A stretch of DNA of 63,537 nucleotides, counting the filler, from Saprolegnia diclina VS20 (Eukaryota): assembly GCF_000281045.1 (NCBI RefSeq). It is 7 parts of 2 records of this genome, joined end to end, with 100 filler letters (N's around TTAATTAATTAA, not from the genome) between each part and the next. Parts side by side here need not be neighbours in the genome. Positions count along the whole stretch, not along the records: positions 19,627 to 27,826 come from NW_008246117.1; positions 27,927 to 39,924 come from NW_008246117.1; 5 more parts are not named here. The stretch is one strand, 5' to 3'. Every line of letters starts with the position of its first letter. Positions within the stretch are counted from its first letter, which is position 1. The notes below the pieces were generated by a model, which saw only the letters and a program-made list of their open reading frames with translations, was not told the DNA's origin and ran no database searches. This document shows positions 23,700-35,580 of this stretch, in pieces. The position numbers were made by a program, and so were the translations under genes.

Positions 23700-24880
23700 C
23701 TCCGCCTTCTTTCCTACGTTCTCGATTGTGTGTGACGCACACGCGTCATATCGAGACAACGATGTCGTCGAGTGGTGTCCGCTGGATGACATCGACGATG
23801 GTGACGACGCCTTCGACGACAGTGACGGCACCGAAGAGTACTAGTATGTAGTCGAGGACCCAATTTGCTGGGGCGACTGCACCGCAATGGATTCGACAGC
23901 GTTCCTAGGGCGAACTTATGACGATCCAGCTACTCCATGCCAGTCGTCGTTGGTGCGCCACGGAGCGTGCAATGGTTTACGCGGCCTTCAATGACTCCCT
24001 GCGCATCGAACGGACGGCTGCTCGGACGACGCAGTGGTACTCGCCGCAGTGCGTGGGCACGCAGGCGCCGTCTATTAGCGCGTACTAGTAGTCATCTACG
24101 GCCGCCAAACCACGCCGCGCTCGCGTCCGCAGCAGCCACGGGCAACCTTGCCCTCGCACAGTACCTTGTGCAATAGCTGCCAAGCGGCGCTGCTTTGATC
24201 GCGTCGGCCGCGGGGGTTGTCGCTACGCAAGGATGCCGTCGCTGCATGGCTATCGTGGCAGCTGTCGTGGCGAGTACTTTGACCGCTGGCCGACCAACTG
24301 GGCTGTTCGACATGGCCACCTCGAGATCCTCAGTGTCTCGTCGCAAATGGCTACGTGGTGGCCTCTGTGGCCAAGGAGATTGCTGTTTAGTGCGGTCGCG
24401 TTCCCCATGGTCTACCTCCACGACGTCTTTGACCAGCGCGGCTCGACCGTTGACGCGCTTTTGCCTGTCACTCGATAAACTTTGTCACCCAAGCTCTTTT
24501 ACTCCGCGCGCTATGGTCGACCAGTAGTTACGATCGAGATGATGACCACACCCACGACACTCTCTGCGTGTATGCGGCCCGACGCGGCGGCGTGGCGATT
24601 CTGGACCTTGCGGTCACGACGTTTGCACTCGATTTACAGCCCTGACAGGTGCGAGAACTCGTGCGGCCGCCCATGGCCACCTCGAGGTGCTAAAGTATCT
24701 GGTGCAGAAATATGGCTCCGCATGGAAAGTGTCGCGCGACAAAGGCGCCGAAAACGCGTGCTTCAGCTCTTGGCGACGCTAGGGCCAGCAGTGCCGTCGG
24801 CGTTTGTGATCGGGGACGAGATCCTTACGTGCGAGCATGACGTGCGAGGACGTGCGAGGCGTACGATGACTCCCGGCGGT
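23700..24880 (+). pseudogene. Degraded copy of the C-terminal half of the ankyrin gene
   Basis: Collinear fragments in shifting frames: IQLLHASR, HAALASAAATGNLALAQYLVQ*, EYFDRWPTNWAVRHGHLEIL, MVYLHDVFDQR, RKRVLQLLATLGPAVPSAFVIGD. Confidence 0.85.
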
Positions 24881-25164
24881 ACGTGTCCTCGTGCCGATCG
24901 TGTCATACCGGTATGTATTGTAGCTTGTTGCATGGACGCGTTGCAGTGGTTGGTCACGCAGGCGGGAGGCTTGTCGACCGCAAATCAAAACTTTTGCAAT
25001 TTTCTTAAATCAATAATGTCTGGTAACTGCGGTTTCGTCACGTTAACAGATGGTATCACAACAGGTGTCTACGTATCAAAACCTTCACTCAGTCGACATT
25101 GGACTAATCGCGCGCATGATGGTCTTAGTCTGGTTTCATCACGAAGCCCAGTGGTATTTTCGAC

Positions 25165-27141
25165 ATGGCCACCAACGTCCTTCGGGCACAGGACCTACTC
25201 GCTGCCATATTCTCCTACCAGCATGGACTGCGTGAGGCTCTTGCCGACGTTCAAAGGATGGTCGACGCGATCGAGCTCGTGCTGGTGCCGCGCTCGAGCG
25301 ACCGTTCAGAAGCTTACCTCACCAACGTCCAAAAGCGATTTACGTCACTGCCGTACCTTCAGCGGTACCATCTCCCGACGACCCAGCTAGCGACACACGC
25401 GCTCTTCGTGTCGTCAACCAGTTTCGATCCGGCGCTGGCGCTGCACCTCTTGGTCGTCGAGGGGAATACCTCGCTCGTTGACGAGTGGCTCCACTACAAC
25501 CCCGCACTCGTCACGTCCGCAACCCTTGAACTCGCCGCGGCCGCGTCCCAAGGTTCGATCTTGCGCCAGCTTTTTGAACGGTATCCCGAGCGTGCAACGC
25601 CAAAGATGATGGACCTCGTGGCGATGGCAGGCGATTCGACGCTCTTGCGGTGGCTGCACGAAGCTGGTGCGAACTGTACGACTGCAGCAATGGACGGTGC
25701 GGCGATGAACGGGCACTTGGACGTTGTCGCCTTCCTACATAAAACAAGAACCGAAGGCTGCACGATGACGGCGCCGACGGCGGCCGTCGCCAACGGCCAT
25801 GCAGCAATTGTTGCCTTTCTTTTTCACCATCGCACCGAGCCCGTGGAGTCCTGGCTGCTCTACCGTAGCCCGTACGACGATATCAAGACGTATTGCGTTG
25901 ACGGTGCCCAGTACCTTGACGCAATCGATTTGGCGGTGACAAGGACGCGACTTGTTGAAAGTAGCCTGCAGCCTATACTCCAGTGTATGGGCCTGCCCGC
26001 GCTGTCCCATTTTCATCATCGCGGGTACCTCGAAGTGACAGCTCGTACGCTCGTCTTGGCCGTAACGATGCGTGATCACGCCATGCTCCGCTACGTGCTC
26101 GACGTCGTCGACAAGTCAGTAGTGACAAAGACGTCGGCGTGGGCGAGCTGCGACGCTATGGACATTGCCGCGTTTGATGGTGACGTGGCAGCGCTCGAGC
26201 TCTTGCAAGCCAGTCGAATCCGGTGGAAGCCAACGCGCGCATTGGCGAATGCAGCCTACAACGGCCATCTGGACGTGCTGCAGTGGCTCCGTACCTACCG
26301 ATATGACCGTTGCGGCGAGGACGCCATGGCGCTGGCGGCGGCGCGGGGGCATCTGGATGCAGTGCGATGGCTCCACGAAGTCAACAGACGGCCCCGGACA
26401 CATGCCGCGCTGGCCACCGCTGCCTTTTTGGGCAACAGGACCTTGGTACATTAACTCTTACCGCTGCCGCTGGGGGCCGTTGATTCTGTGACGGATCCGT
26501 GTGGCGAAGGCAGCTTTCAACGCGCGCACCTTCCGCGGGGTGCCGGGGGGCTCCTCGGTCGTGGCAATGGCGACTACGTCACGGGTCGAGCCGCCGACTG
26601 GGCAGCGCATGAAGGCCACCTTGACATTCTTGTACTTTTGGTCACCCACGGCCATCGCTTGTCGCCAACAGCTATCGACAAGGCCGTCGTGCAAGGCCAT
26701 GCGCCTGTCGTCTCGCATTTACGCAGCGTCCACGGACAACGCTGGAGCTCTCTCGCGCTTTCGCACGCCATCACCAACTGTCATCTCCATGTTGTGGCTG
26801 ACCTCACCGGGTACGAATCACCGCACAAGGCTATGGGCTGCCGCGACGCTGCTGAGATGCTCTTTGAAAACGCCACCAAGACGGGCAGCGTTGCCATACT
26901 CAAGCTTGTTACGCAAGCCTATCCGCTTCGAACGCCCCTGAATCCGCTGCTGGCGGAGCGCTGCATGGTCCACGCTACGCTTTCTGGCCATTTCGAGATG
27001 GTGTGTCACTTGCACAAGGCGTACGGTGTCGCGTGCACACCCGCGGTGCAAGGTGCAGCCGAGCAAATGCGACGCAAGAGCGTGTTGCAGTACTTGGCCA
27101 CGGGCAGCATGCAGCGAGCCAGCTCCCTTTTTTCGCTGTAA
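25165..27141 (+). pseudogene. Ankyrin-repeat gene interrupted by one in-frame TAA (26452-26454)
   Basis: ORFs 25165-26454 and 26488-27141 share a frame; LVH*LL aligns with LVQYLL in paralogs. Confidence 0.8.
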
Positions 27142-27722
27142 TATGAATCCAGTATTATTGTCGGCGTCTTTTGAAGTATATGTCCGTATATTGTAGTTGG
27201 GAAGACATCGGCGGGGCTCACCAAAGCCGTGGATTCAAGTCGACTGAATCCCCGTAGTGAACGGTTGTGAACGAAGAGTCGAAATAAACGTGATTGGAAG
27301 TGCCGGCCTTGCGATTGCTCGTCCTCTTGAACGACCGCGACGATAACCCGAGCTGCAGGATGGTCCATGCTTGACTATTTGTGCAGACATGAAAGTTTGT
27401 TTTCCGGAAATCTCTTTTTCCGCAAAGCTCGGTTTTCCACTGCTGAGATTATTACGCCTGAAATTGATCGTCAGCGCAACGATAAAACCGGTAGCGCCGC
27501 CCGTGGTTCGCGCCCCTCACCGCCTGTAGTGCGCGCCAATGTAGGCTCCATGAGTGGTGGCAGAGCATTTCCCATGCGCACCCACAATTTTCGGAAGAAT
27601 AAACTGTTTTCGGAAATCTGAGGCCCTCGAGCGTCAACATTGTGGACACTCTATAGGGTCTCGGAAGGTTACCTCCATAAATACATATGTGCAGACTGAA
27701 GGTTTCACTAGAAGAGCGCAAT

Positions 27723-27826
27723 ATGACTGCAAGCGACGTCCTCCGATCGCGGGAGCTCTTCGCCATCATTGCCGCGCACCAGAGCGGGTTACCCGAGGCG
27801 GTCGCCGATATACCGCGCCTTACGAG
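27723..27826 (+). CDS. 5' end of another ankyrin-family paralog, cut by contig end
   Basis: MTASDVLRSRELFAIIAAHQSGLPEAVAD matches MAASTVLRSSDLFAAITAHQDGLTEAMAD. Confidence 0.8.
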
Positions 27827-28337
27827 NNNNNNNNNNNNNNNNNNNNNNNNNNNNNNNNNNNNNNNNNNNNTTAATTAATTAANNNNNNNNNNNNNNNNNN
27901 NNNNNNNNNNNNNNNNNNNNNNNNNNAAGCGGAGAATTGTCGGCCAACACCACAGTGGGTAGTCACAAGAGAATACTGCCATTGGAGAGCGCTGCGAAGG
28001 ATGTTGGCCGCCGATCATTCACAGCTTTTGGCGCCAACGGTCGCGAAACGGCCAGTGACGTGGCACCACGTGGATGAAAAGCGAGTCCCATCCGACAGTT
28101 GTGGCCATGGCAACCATGTTAATGCTGCATGAATGAGGAAGGCAGCTGCTATGAACCATGAACTCCTATATCTGCGACGAACTTCAAAATTGAAGAACTA
28201 GGGCCTGACGCCGACGTTCGGCGGGACGCTTTGGAGGGACGTGAAACGGCTCCCATCTTGCGTTTTGTATACCATAGAAAGCACAGCATCGGCAAATCTG
28301 GAAGCTCCCGACGGTTCACTTTGCCTTTTCCTAAACC

Positions 28338-28685
28338 ATGCGAAGCGGGTTGTTTATCTGCGCCTTGGCTCTGCTCTCGTGCGCCAGCGCCACGTCCCAT
28401 CGAGCGCTCCGAAGCGAGGCTCAGAATCAGGTCTCTGTCTACGGCCAGTGCGGCGGCCAAGGCTTCTCTGGGGATACGACCTGCACCACCGGCAACACGT
28501 GCGTCTACATCTTCTCGTCCTACTCGCAGTGCCAGCCCACGCCGCCGACGAGCACCGAGTTTGCAACGTATGCCCAGTGCGGCGGAAGAGACTTCAAGAC
28601 CAACGGCAAGACGTGTCGCCCGGGCGATATGTGCTACCAACTGACGGCGACGCTTTCACGCTGCTACCCCAAGCAATCCGACTAA
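28338..28685 (+). CDS. Small secreted protein with two CBM1 (fungal-type cellulose-binding) modules
   Basis: Signal peptide; YGQCGGQGFSGDTTCTTGNTCVYIFSSYSQCQP and YAQCGGRDF...TCRPGDMC...CYP; INR/FPR-like TCACTTTGCCTTTT just upstream. Confidence 0.92.
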   Translation: MRSGLFICALALLSCASATSHRALRSEAQNQVSVYGQCGGQGFSGDTTCTTGNTCVYIFSSYSQCQPTPPTSTEFATYAQCGGRDFKTNGKTCRPGDMCYQLTATLSRCYPKQSD

Positions 28686-29015
28686 ACCCACTCCAGAGCT
28701 CCAGAGTCGTAGAAGAAACCAGAAGACTCCTCTGACACATCCGTGTAGTAGTACCAACTAGAGACTGTTCTCGAGTTTAATGAAGTCCATGTTCAGCATC
28801 GCGATCAACTCAGCATCGCATGACGTTGTCTCTCGTTTGGCGCCAAAACCCTCGCCACGCCCAGCAGTTATCACACTTGGCACGATCGTCTCGTTGCCAA
28901 CTAGTCAGGCGACTAGGAGTCTACTTCTTGAAGCAACGAAGCATATCCAAAGCCATGTCTATTCGACCCTTGCGCATGTACTCAAATAAGTCACCTGAAG
29001 AGGACTCGGGACTGG

Positions 29016-29098
29016 GGTGCTGATCTCCGAACGTTCACTTCAGCATTTTTGATAAAAGAGGCAACTAAAGTTGAAGTGAACGTTCGGAGACCAGCGCC
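29016..29098. repeat. Inverted repeat, 29-bp arms with 25-bp spacer
   Basis: GGTGCTGATCTCCGAACGTTCACTTCAGC vs GTTGAAGTGAACGTTCGGAGACCAGCGCC; three differences, two G-U compatible on the plus strand. Confidence 0.9.
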
Positions 29099-29163
29099 AA
29101 ATTGATGCTGCGAGTTTACGTTCAGAATCCATATATTATGCAAATTGCGTCAACTTAAACAAA

Positions 29164-30150
29164 CTAGATGGCGTGGTCGAGGATCGTGAGGAGGAGCGCA
29201 CGGTAGTCGCCGCTCGTCTCGCCTTCGACGCGTTGGCGCAGCGTGGTGCGGTACTTGGCCTGGTACGCCTGCTTGACCTGCGGCAGCAGGTGCTGGTAGC
29301 GCACAATGGCCGCCGAGAGACCGTACTCGTCCGTGCCAATGCCGCTCATCGTGCTCTCGATCTGCTCGACAATCGTCTCGATCGGACGCAGGATGATGTT
29401 GACGTGGTACACGAGGCCGTCTTCGGCCTTGCCGCCAAACTCGCTCTGAATCGCGTGCACGAGGCCGTGCTTGTGCTTGGCCGCATACGCCGCGTCGACG
29501 GTCGCGAGGAACTGCGGCGGGATCGAGCAGATCGCGTTGGAGAACGCCGACTCGTCCGTGCCCCACTTGCCCTCGCCGGCCTTGTAAATAGCCTCGGCGA
29601 TCTCGGCCGCCTTGGCCGGCGTGTGGATGCTCGGGTTGTACGGCTGGGCCATCTGGTTGAGCGCCGCGAGGTAGAACGTCTTGAGGTCGCCGCTCAGGTC
29701 ATCGTTGACGGCGACAACGAGGTCCTTCTGGAAGATCTTGTAGAACGCCTTCTTGAGGATGTTGAGCTCGACGTTCGAGCGGCCGCTGAGGACCGGGATC
29801 AACAGCTTCTCGGTCGTGCCGGCGCCCTTGGTCGCATCCCGGATGATCATGGCCTCGGCCTCCTCGATCGGCTGCGAGAGGAGCTGGAGAAGCTTGCCGT
29901 AGTCGCCCGACGTCTCGGACGCCATCTCGGAGAGGAGCGACTTTTGGTACAGCTCCGGGTAGCGGAGGTGGATGAGGCAGCGCTCGACGGGCGACTTGTT
30001 GCCGAGGACCGTGCTGAGCTTGGCCTCGTTCGTGCCGAAGCCGGCGCACGCCGCCTGGATCTCCTTGCACGCGCGGTCAATGCCCGGGTTGGCGTGGCCG
30101 ATCGAGCGACCGGCGTCGACCTCGTACGTCTGCTGCGGGTAAATGTTCAT
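29164..30150 (-). CDS. Annexin (328 aa, intronless)
   Basis: Four annexin repeats: GFGTNE, KGAGTTE, GEGKWGTDE, MSGIGTDE, with ETSGDY motifs; INR-like TCATTTTCAAAT upstream of ATG 30150. Confidence 0.95.
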   Translation of the reverse strand: MNIYPQQTYEVDAGRSIGHANPGIDRACKEIQAACAGFGTNEAKLSTVLGNKSPVERCLIHLRYPELYQKSLLSEMASETSGDYGKLLQLLSQPIEEAEAMIIRDATKGAGTTEKLLIPVLSGRSNVELNILKKAFYKIFQKDLVVAVNDDLSGDLKTFYLAALNQMAQPYNPSIHTPAKAAEIAEAIYKAGEGKWGTDESAFSNAICSIPPQFLATVDAAYAAKHKHGLVHAIQSEFGGKAEDGLVYHVNIILRPIETIVEQIESTMSGIGTDEYGLSAAIVRYQHLLPQVKQAYQAKYRTTLRQRVEGETSGDYRALLLTILDHAI

Positions 30151-31201
30151 GGTGGTGGTGGTGGTTGGTGTTCGATTTGAAAATGAAGAGCACACAAGTG
30201 GACCAAAAAGTGCGGTGTAAAAGCTCTGCCGAGCACGTGGCACCGCAGATTCAGCGGCCAACGGCGCTGTGGCATAGCATCCACCGTCCCGATGGCATAG
30301 GCGTTTCGAGACGAATACCTGAATTGTTGATAGCATCTGGGACAGTGAAAACTCTGGCGACCATCTACCACATGGTGTGAGATCGAGGAGATATCCCTGC
30401 GATCCGCCGCAGTCGAGGAGGATAAGGTGTCCAAGTTCAATGACGACATCGTTTCTGCGAGCACCTTGTGCCTCAGCTCCAAACGTCGTTCGCTCTGCCA
30501 ACGGTGTCCGTCGACGGTGCTTGGACTGGAAGGAGATGCTGTGTGTGCCTCTACAACTAACACCAGCAGCACATTCCAGACCTTGCGAGGCGATAGAATA
30601 CCCAGAATCTCGGACGCAAATCAAGCTGTCAGCATCGGTGCCGAGACACTGCCACGTGGAAGTTCGACCAAGCAGCGGCTGCGACGGACCACACCATCGA
30701 CGATTCGGCAACAGACCAAGAGCCTGATTCTGCAAGGCTTAGAAAGGAGCAAGCAACTTATCGCGCAACGTTCGGCGTTTGCTATTGCAGCCCCAAGCCT
30801 CCGAGTTGCGTGCAGAGAGGTATTGGTTTCGCTCTGTGGCCATAACGCCAGTGCGAGCGGGAGAAGAGTGAGCTTCGCGTTGGGCCGCCCAAGAAGGGAC
30901 TGGTGGGTGGGTTGAAATGAGAAGCTAAGGTGAGCGTGCTGCTTGGTCTTTAAAAATGAGCTTGGGCGGTGGGTCTTGGACGTTGACAGTTGCTTCCTTG
31001 CTAAATGGGATCCGTGGTTCGGGCAACGGCTGAAGATGGCGCACTTGCTTGGCCGTGGACAAAAACACAGCTTCAATCGTGCTGCGCGAAACCGCTCTAT
31101 CTACGTCGACAGCGACAGTGTTCGAGGGCATTCTTGGCGCCAGTTCGAGTCCCGGTCGCGCAACCCTTCCATCCTTTAACTGTAATCACAAAGTATATGC
31201 A

Positions 31202-32418
31202 TTAAATGTCGAGGTCGTCGTCGAGGTCGTCGTCGTCCCAGTCCGGGTCGTCTTCGTCAATGTAAAAGAGTGCGGCTTTGGGTGCGCCCGCCGACGATGC
31301 TGACGTTTGCATATAGGGCAGCTGGACTTGGTCCTTGGCCTTTTGGTCGGCATCGGAGATGCGCAAGTTGAAGCTCACGTCGGGCGCAAGCGTCGACACG
31401 AGGTCGGGCGCGTCAGAAGAAGCGCTCGAGGAGGTGGCCGGCTCGGCCAAGTGCTTGGCTTCATGGATGGCATCGTCCCAAGAGAACAGCGTCATGCACG
31501 GGCCATGCGTTGTACGTGGCGGCAGCCGAAAGCAGTCTGTCGCCTCGGTCGACGTGCCATTCTATGCGTTCACAGCATGCGACTATGACGAAAAGAAGCA
31601 CATCTTGCGTGTACCTTGACCTTGCGGAGGAAGACGATGACGCCGTCCATGGTCGAAGGCACGGTGCGCTTGCTTTCTTTCGATAGGAAATGGTACGCGG
31701 CGATCGACGCGGGCGTCTCGACCAAGAGAAACGCCGTCGCTTGCGCCTGGTGTCGTCGCATGAGATGATGATTGCAGGAAACAGAGGAGGACGGACCCGC
31801 AGGGCGTGGACAACGTGCTTGGGATGCAGCGACGCATTGTAGCGAGCGACGAGGCCGACGACGTTGGCAACTAATAGGACAGGCATGAGGCACGTGCATG
31901 GACCTATCGTTGGCTACGAGAGAGGAGCGTTCGGAGCGACTGGAGCGCAGCGTGGAACGAGCCGGCTTGCAGCAACGGCGTGAGCGAGTCGAGGAAGAGG
32001 AGCACGGGCGTCGCGCTTTGCGCAGTGGCCGCGGTGACGCTGGCGAGGACGTTGGCCATCGCGTCGCCGAGCCAGCCGCCAAGGTCGCCGGTAAAGTTGA
32101 GCACCTCAACGACGCAGTCGTTGTCGTCGTCGTCGCGCGTGCGTGGCGCCATGTACGTCTCCTATGACCAATGTATGGGGTAGGACGACGAGGCGCAGAC
32201 GCTGTACGTACAAGCTGGATGCGCAGGACGCGGAGTGAAGCGGCCTCGGCCACGAGCGTGGCAGCGTGCTCCAGTAGCACGCGCCCGGCGCCGAGCGCGG
32301 CTTCGTGCTCCTCGATCAAGACGAGGGCGGTTGCGTCACCTGCTGACGCCCGCGGCAGCTTGCGCTTGAAGAAGCTCTCGACGTCGGTCTCCTTCTTGGT
32401 CGTCCGCCCGGCCACCAT
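31202..32418 (-). CDS. ELP5: Elongator complex subunit 5-like, multi-exon
   Basis: C-terminal SFNLRISDADQKAKDQVQLPY...FYIDEDDPDWDDDDLDDDLDI and internal LFLDSLTPLL, characteristic of ELP5. Confidence 0.8.
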
Positions 32419-33075
32419 GCTCGGCGATTTCAATGGTGTTGGTCTGCGACAAACCACCGCCATAAAATAAAATAAATAAAAATATTGTTAATATCAAATC
32501 GTTTGCCACAACAACAGAGGTGGCAGCGCTGGCGAACCGCAGTTGCGTCCGCCCCTGCTGCAACGAGCAAGCCTAGACCACGACGCTGTGTCGTTGCTGT
32601 CGCGACCATATCTGAACGCGTCATGCATCGCTCTCCCAACCGCCTCCATGTCATAGCGAGAGAGTCTACAAGCAGTGGATCGACCCTTCCTTGCAAGCAC
32701 GAGTTCAAGCCAGGTTCACCACGCACGCTAGCAACCTGTGCGCACCTTCTAGGAGCGATAAAGACCTGAGCCATTCGAGTTGGATGCAGTAGCGAGCGTC
32801 TATGGTGACGCGTCAGAAGCACTCGGTGTGCTCTGATGCCTTTCACGGGCCAACCGATCAACGGGTGACGAGGTAGATGTAGTCGTGACATACCACTCTA
32901 TACCAGCCACCGCACCACCACACTACCGTTGGCGTCGGTCTCGGCGCCATGGCCATACCACCTCTGCAGCGAAAAATGACGTGGCACTCTCTATGGAAAG
33001 CACCATACTTAGGTTCTATTTTTAGCCGCCGGTTGTGCAGGATGGTGCAAAAAATAGAACGCAAGCGGTCGCCCG

Positions 33076-34795
33076 ATGGAGCAGGTGGCGTCGGCGCGGA
33101 CGCAGGGGACGAGCAGCAGCCGCAGGTACCGCCGGCTCGCGTCCAAGGAGAGCGTCGACGACGCGCTCTTTGGCCGCAGCGTCAAGTCGCGCGACGGCGA
33201 CCGGTCGCGCCAGGCCGGGCGGTACCATCCTACACACCATCAAGGTCTCGCAACGACGTGTGCCTAGGGACATTGTCCGTGGCAGCAGCAACCAAGAGAC
33301 CGAGCCGCCGCCCACCAAGAAGAAGAACGTGCCCGCAACGATTGCCACCGTGCTGCCGCCGCACGAGCTCTCGCGCATTCGCGTACACTGCTTGCATGCT
33401 GACCTTTCCAGCATCCTCCTCCTCGTCGGCTCTGTAGGGCACGACGCGTATCCTCACCGACGCCGAGCGCGAGGCCATTGCCGCGAAGAAGGAAGAAGAC
33501 ACGGAAAAGCTCAGAATACACGCGCGCGCCCGCAAGGTAGACCACAGGATGCAGCGATTCTCACGAGTTTGGCTATTATGTAGCAACACATGATGGAGCG
33601 GGCCGCCGAAGCGGCCACGCGCGCGCCAAAGTCGGACATTGAGCAGATCTTTGACGCCGAGAATGACGCGATCCGGAAGCGTGCGGCGATGCTGAAGGAC
33701 CAGGCCCACGACAGCGTCAAGCTCATGAAGACGCTCGGTGCGCGGGCCGCAGCCTTTACCATTCGCGACGAGCAGATCAAGCGCAAGCATGCGATCGAGG
33801 AGGTCGAGGCCATGCAGCACGAGAAGCTCAACGTGATGATGGAGATCGACCGGCTCCAAGGCTTGAAGCGGCAGGAAGAAGTCGCGGAAGCCAAGCGGCT
33901 CAAGCGCATTCGGGACCGAGAAGTACTCGAAGACCAGATCCGCGAGCGCAAGCTCGCCAAAGAGGCCGAGCAAAAGGCCATTGAAAAAGAAGCCGAGGAC
34001 ATGCTGCAGAAGATTCGCGACGCGCAGCGCGACGACGAGCGCAAGGAGAAGGAGAAATTTGAGCGAGCTACCCGGTCCATGGAAGAGATCAAGCGCTTTA
34101 ACGAGTCGGCGATGGCGCGGAAGGCCGAGCAAGCGCGGCTGCTCGCACTCGAAGAAGAAAAGGTCGTGGCTTACCAGCGCAAGAAGGCCGAAGACGCACG
34201 CTTGCGCGAGGAAGACGAGGCCCGGAAGCGCCACGAAGCCGAGCTGCGCTGTGCAAAATTACGCTCGACCCAAGAAAAGGCCGCGAACGAGAAAGCACAG
34301 CTCGACGAACTCCGGGCCAAGCGCGCGGTCGAAGCGCGCGAGCGGGCAGCGCGCGACGCCGACGTGGCCCGAGAGGTCAAGGCCCGCAAGGAAGCCGAGG
34401 AGCTCCGCATTTCGCGCGAAGCCCAAGCCATGCACCGCCAGCGCTCGAAAGTCCAAGAGGCGCTGCAGCAAAAGCAGGAGTATGAAAGCATCATCCACCA
34501 AGTCGACTGGCAGAAGAAGCAATTTCAAGACAAGGAGGCCACGGACGCGACCAAGCGCGCAAGCCACCGTCTTGCGCTCCAGAAGCAAATCGACGACAAG
34601 CAAAAGCTCGTCAAGGAGAAATTTGTCCGTGTGCAGCTCGAGGGCAAGGCGCTCAAGCAAGAATACGCCGACGAACTCGCCAAGCTCGAGCGCATTCGCA
34701 TTGAAGAGGTGGCCGAGCTCGAAGAAGCCGGCGTGAACCCGTCGTACCTCTCGGAAATGAAGGCGCTCGACATTGCCAAAGCGCGCGACCGTTAA
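33076..34795 (+). CDS. CFAP45: Cilia- and flagella-associated protein 45 (CCDC19), multi-exon
   Basis: N-terminal RYRRLASKESVDDALFG, long charged coiled coil with IRDEQI, LRSTQEKAANEKAQLDELRAKR and C-terminal LEEAGVNPSYL. Confidence 0.85.
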
Positions 34796-35580
34796 CGAGC
34801 TCAACACGTATATGAACATTATTGTCATTGTTATTAAGTGTGCATGACTGTCGTCCCTTGAAGCACGAGCGGCGAGAAGCGGCTGCAAATCGACGCTAGC
34901 CAGAATGGAGTGCGCCAACGACAGGTTCGCAGACGCCGTTGTACAAGTCGTCATTTGCACGACGGACCAGCCTGAATGCAAATACTATGGCTCGATCAAC
35001 GTCTCGGCGATAACGTCACCGCAGGGACCAACTCGTAGCGATTCCAAGATGAACTCTATCTAGCACGAACGAGTCAACTATGAACGAGTCGAGTTGAGCC
35101 CAAGGAATAAAAGTGGGTGTATTTGGCTGCGGGAAAGGGTGGCAGCGTTTTGTGGACATAATTTCTACTCAATGATATGGACCATGGATAGACTATGCTA
35201 CTAACTTTTATAACCATTCTAGATAATGGACATGGATCGTGTCCCACGGGCTTTTCGTCTTGTCGCGTTGTCCAACTTGGCCTGGCAACACTACTTGCAA
35301 ATGCGTCAGAGACGTCGCCAAGATACGAGGGTAAGCCCAGTGCGTACGCACACAGTTGGCAACGGCATCAGAGTGGATTTTAGCAATTGAAATGGAAACT
35401 CAATTGCTATGGAAGGATTCCCCTCACGTACGAAGTGGCCAGCAAGGACAGCAGATGCAGTCCGCCCGAGTTGGCATAGTAATCAGTGCACCGGTGTACG
35501 TGGGGTGTGTGACTCTTGTGTGGAGATGTGAAGTGTCGCAGAAGGCGCCACGCGTTGGGTTGTACCAGTTTGAAAAAAAC

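Noticed and set aside
29164..30735. 523-aa annexin with long N-terminal extension
   Set aside because: An INR-like element just upstream of ATG 30150 and non-coding-like composition upstream favour the 328-aa protein.
35356..35580. 75-aa N-terminal extension on the ankyrin ORF
   Set aside because: Starts at TTG; paralogs begin at the MAAS equivalent at 35581.
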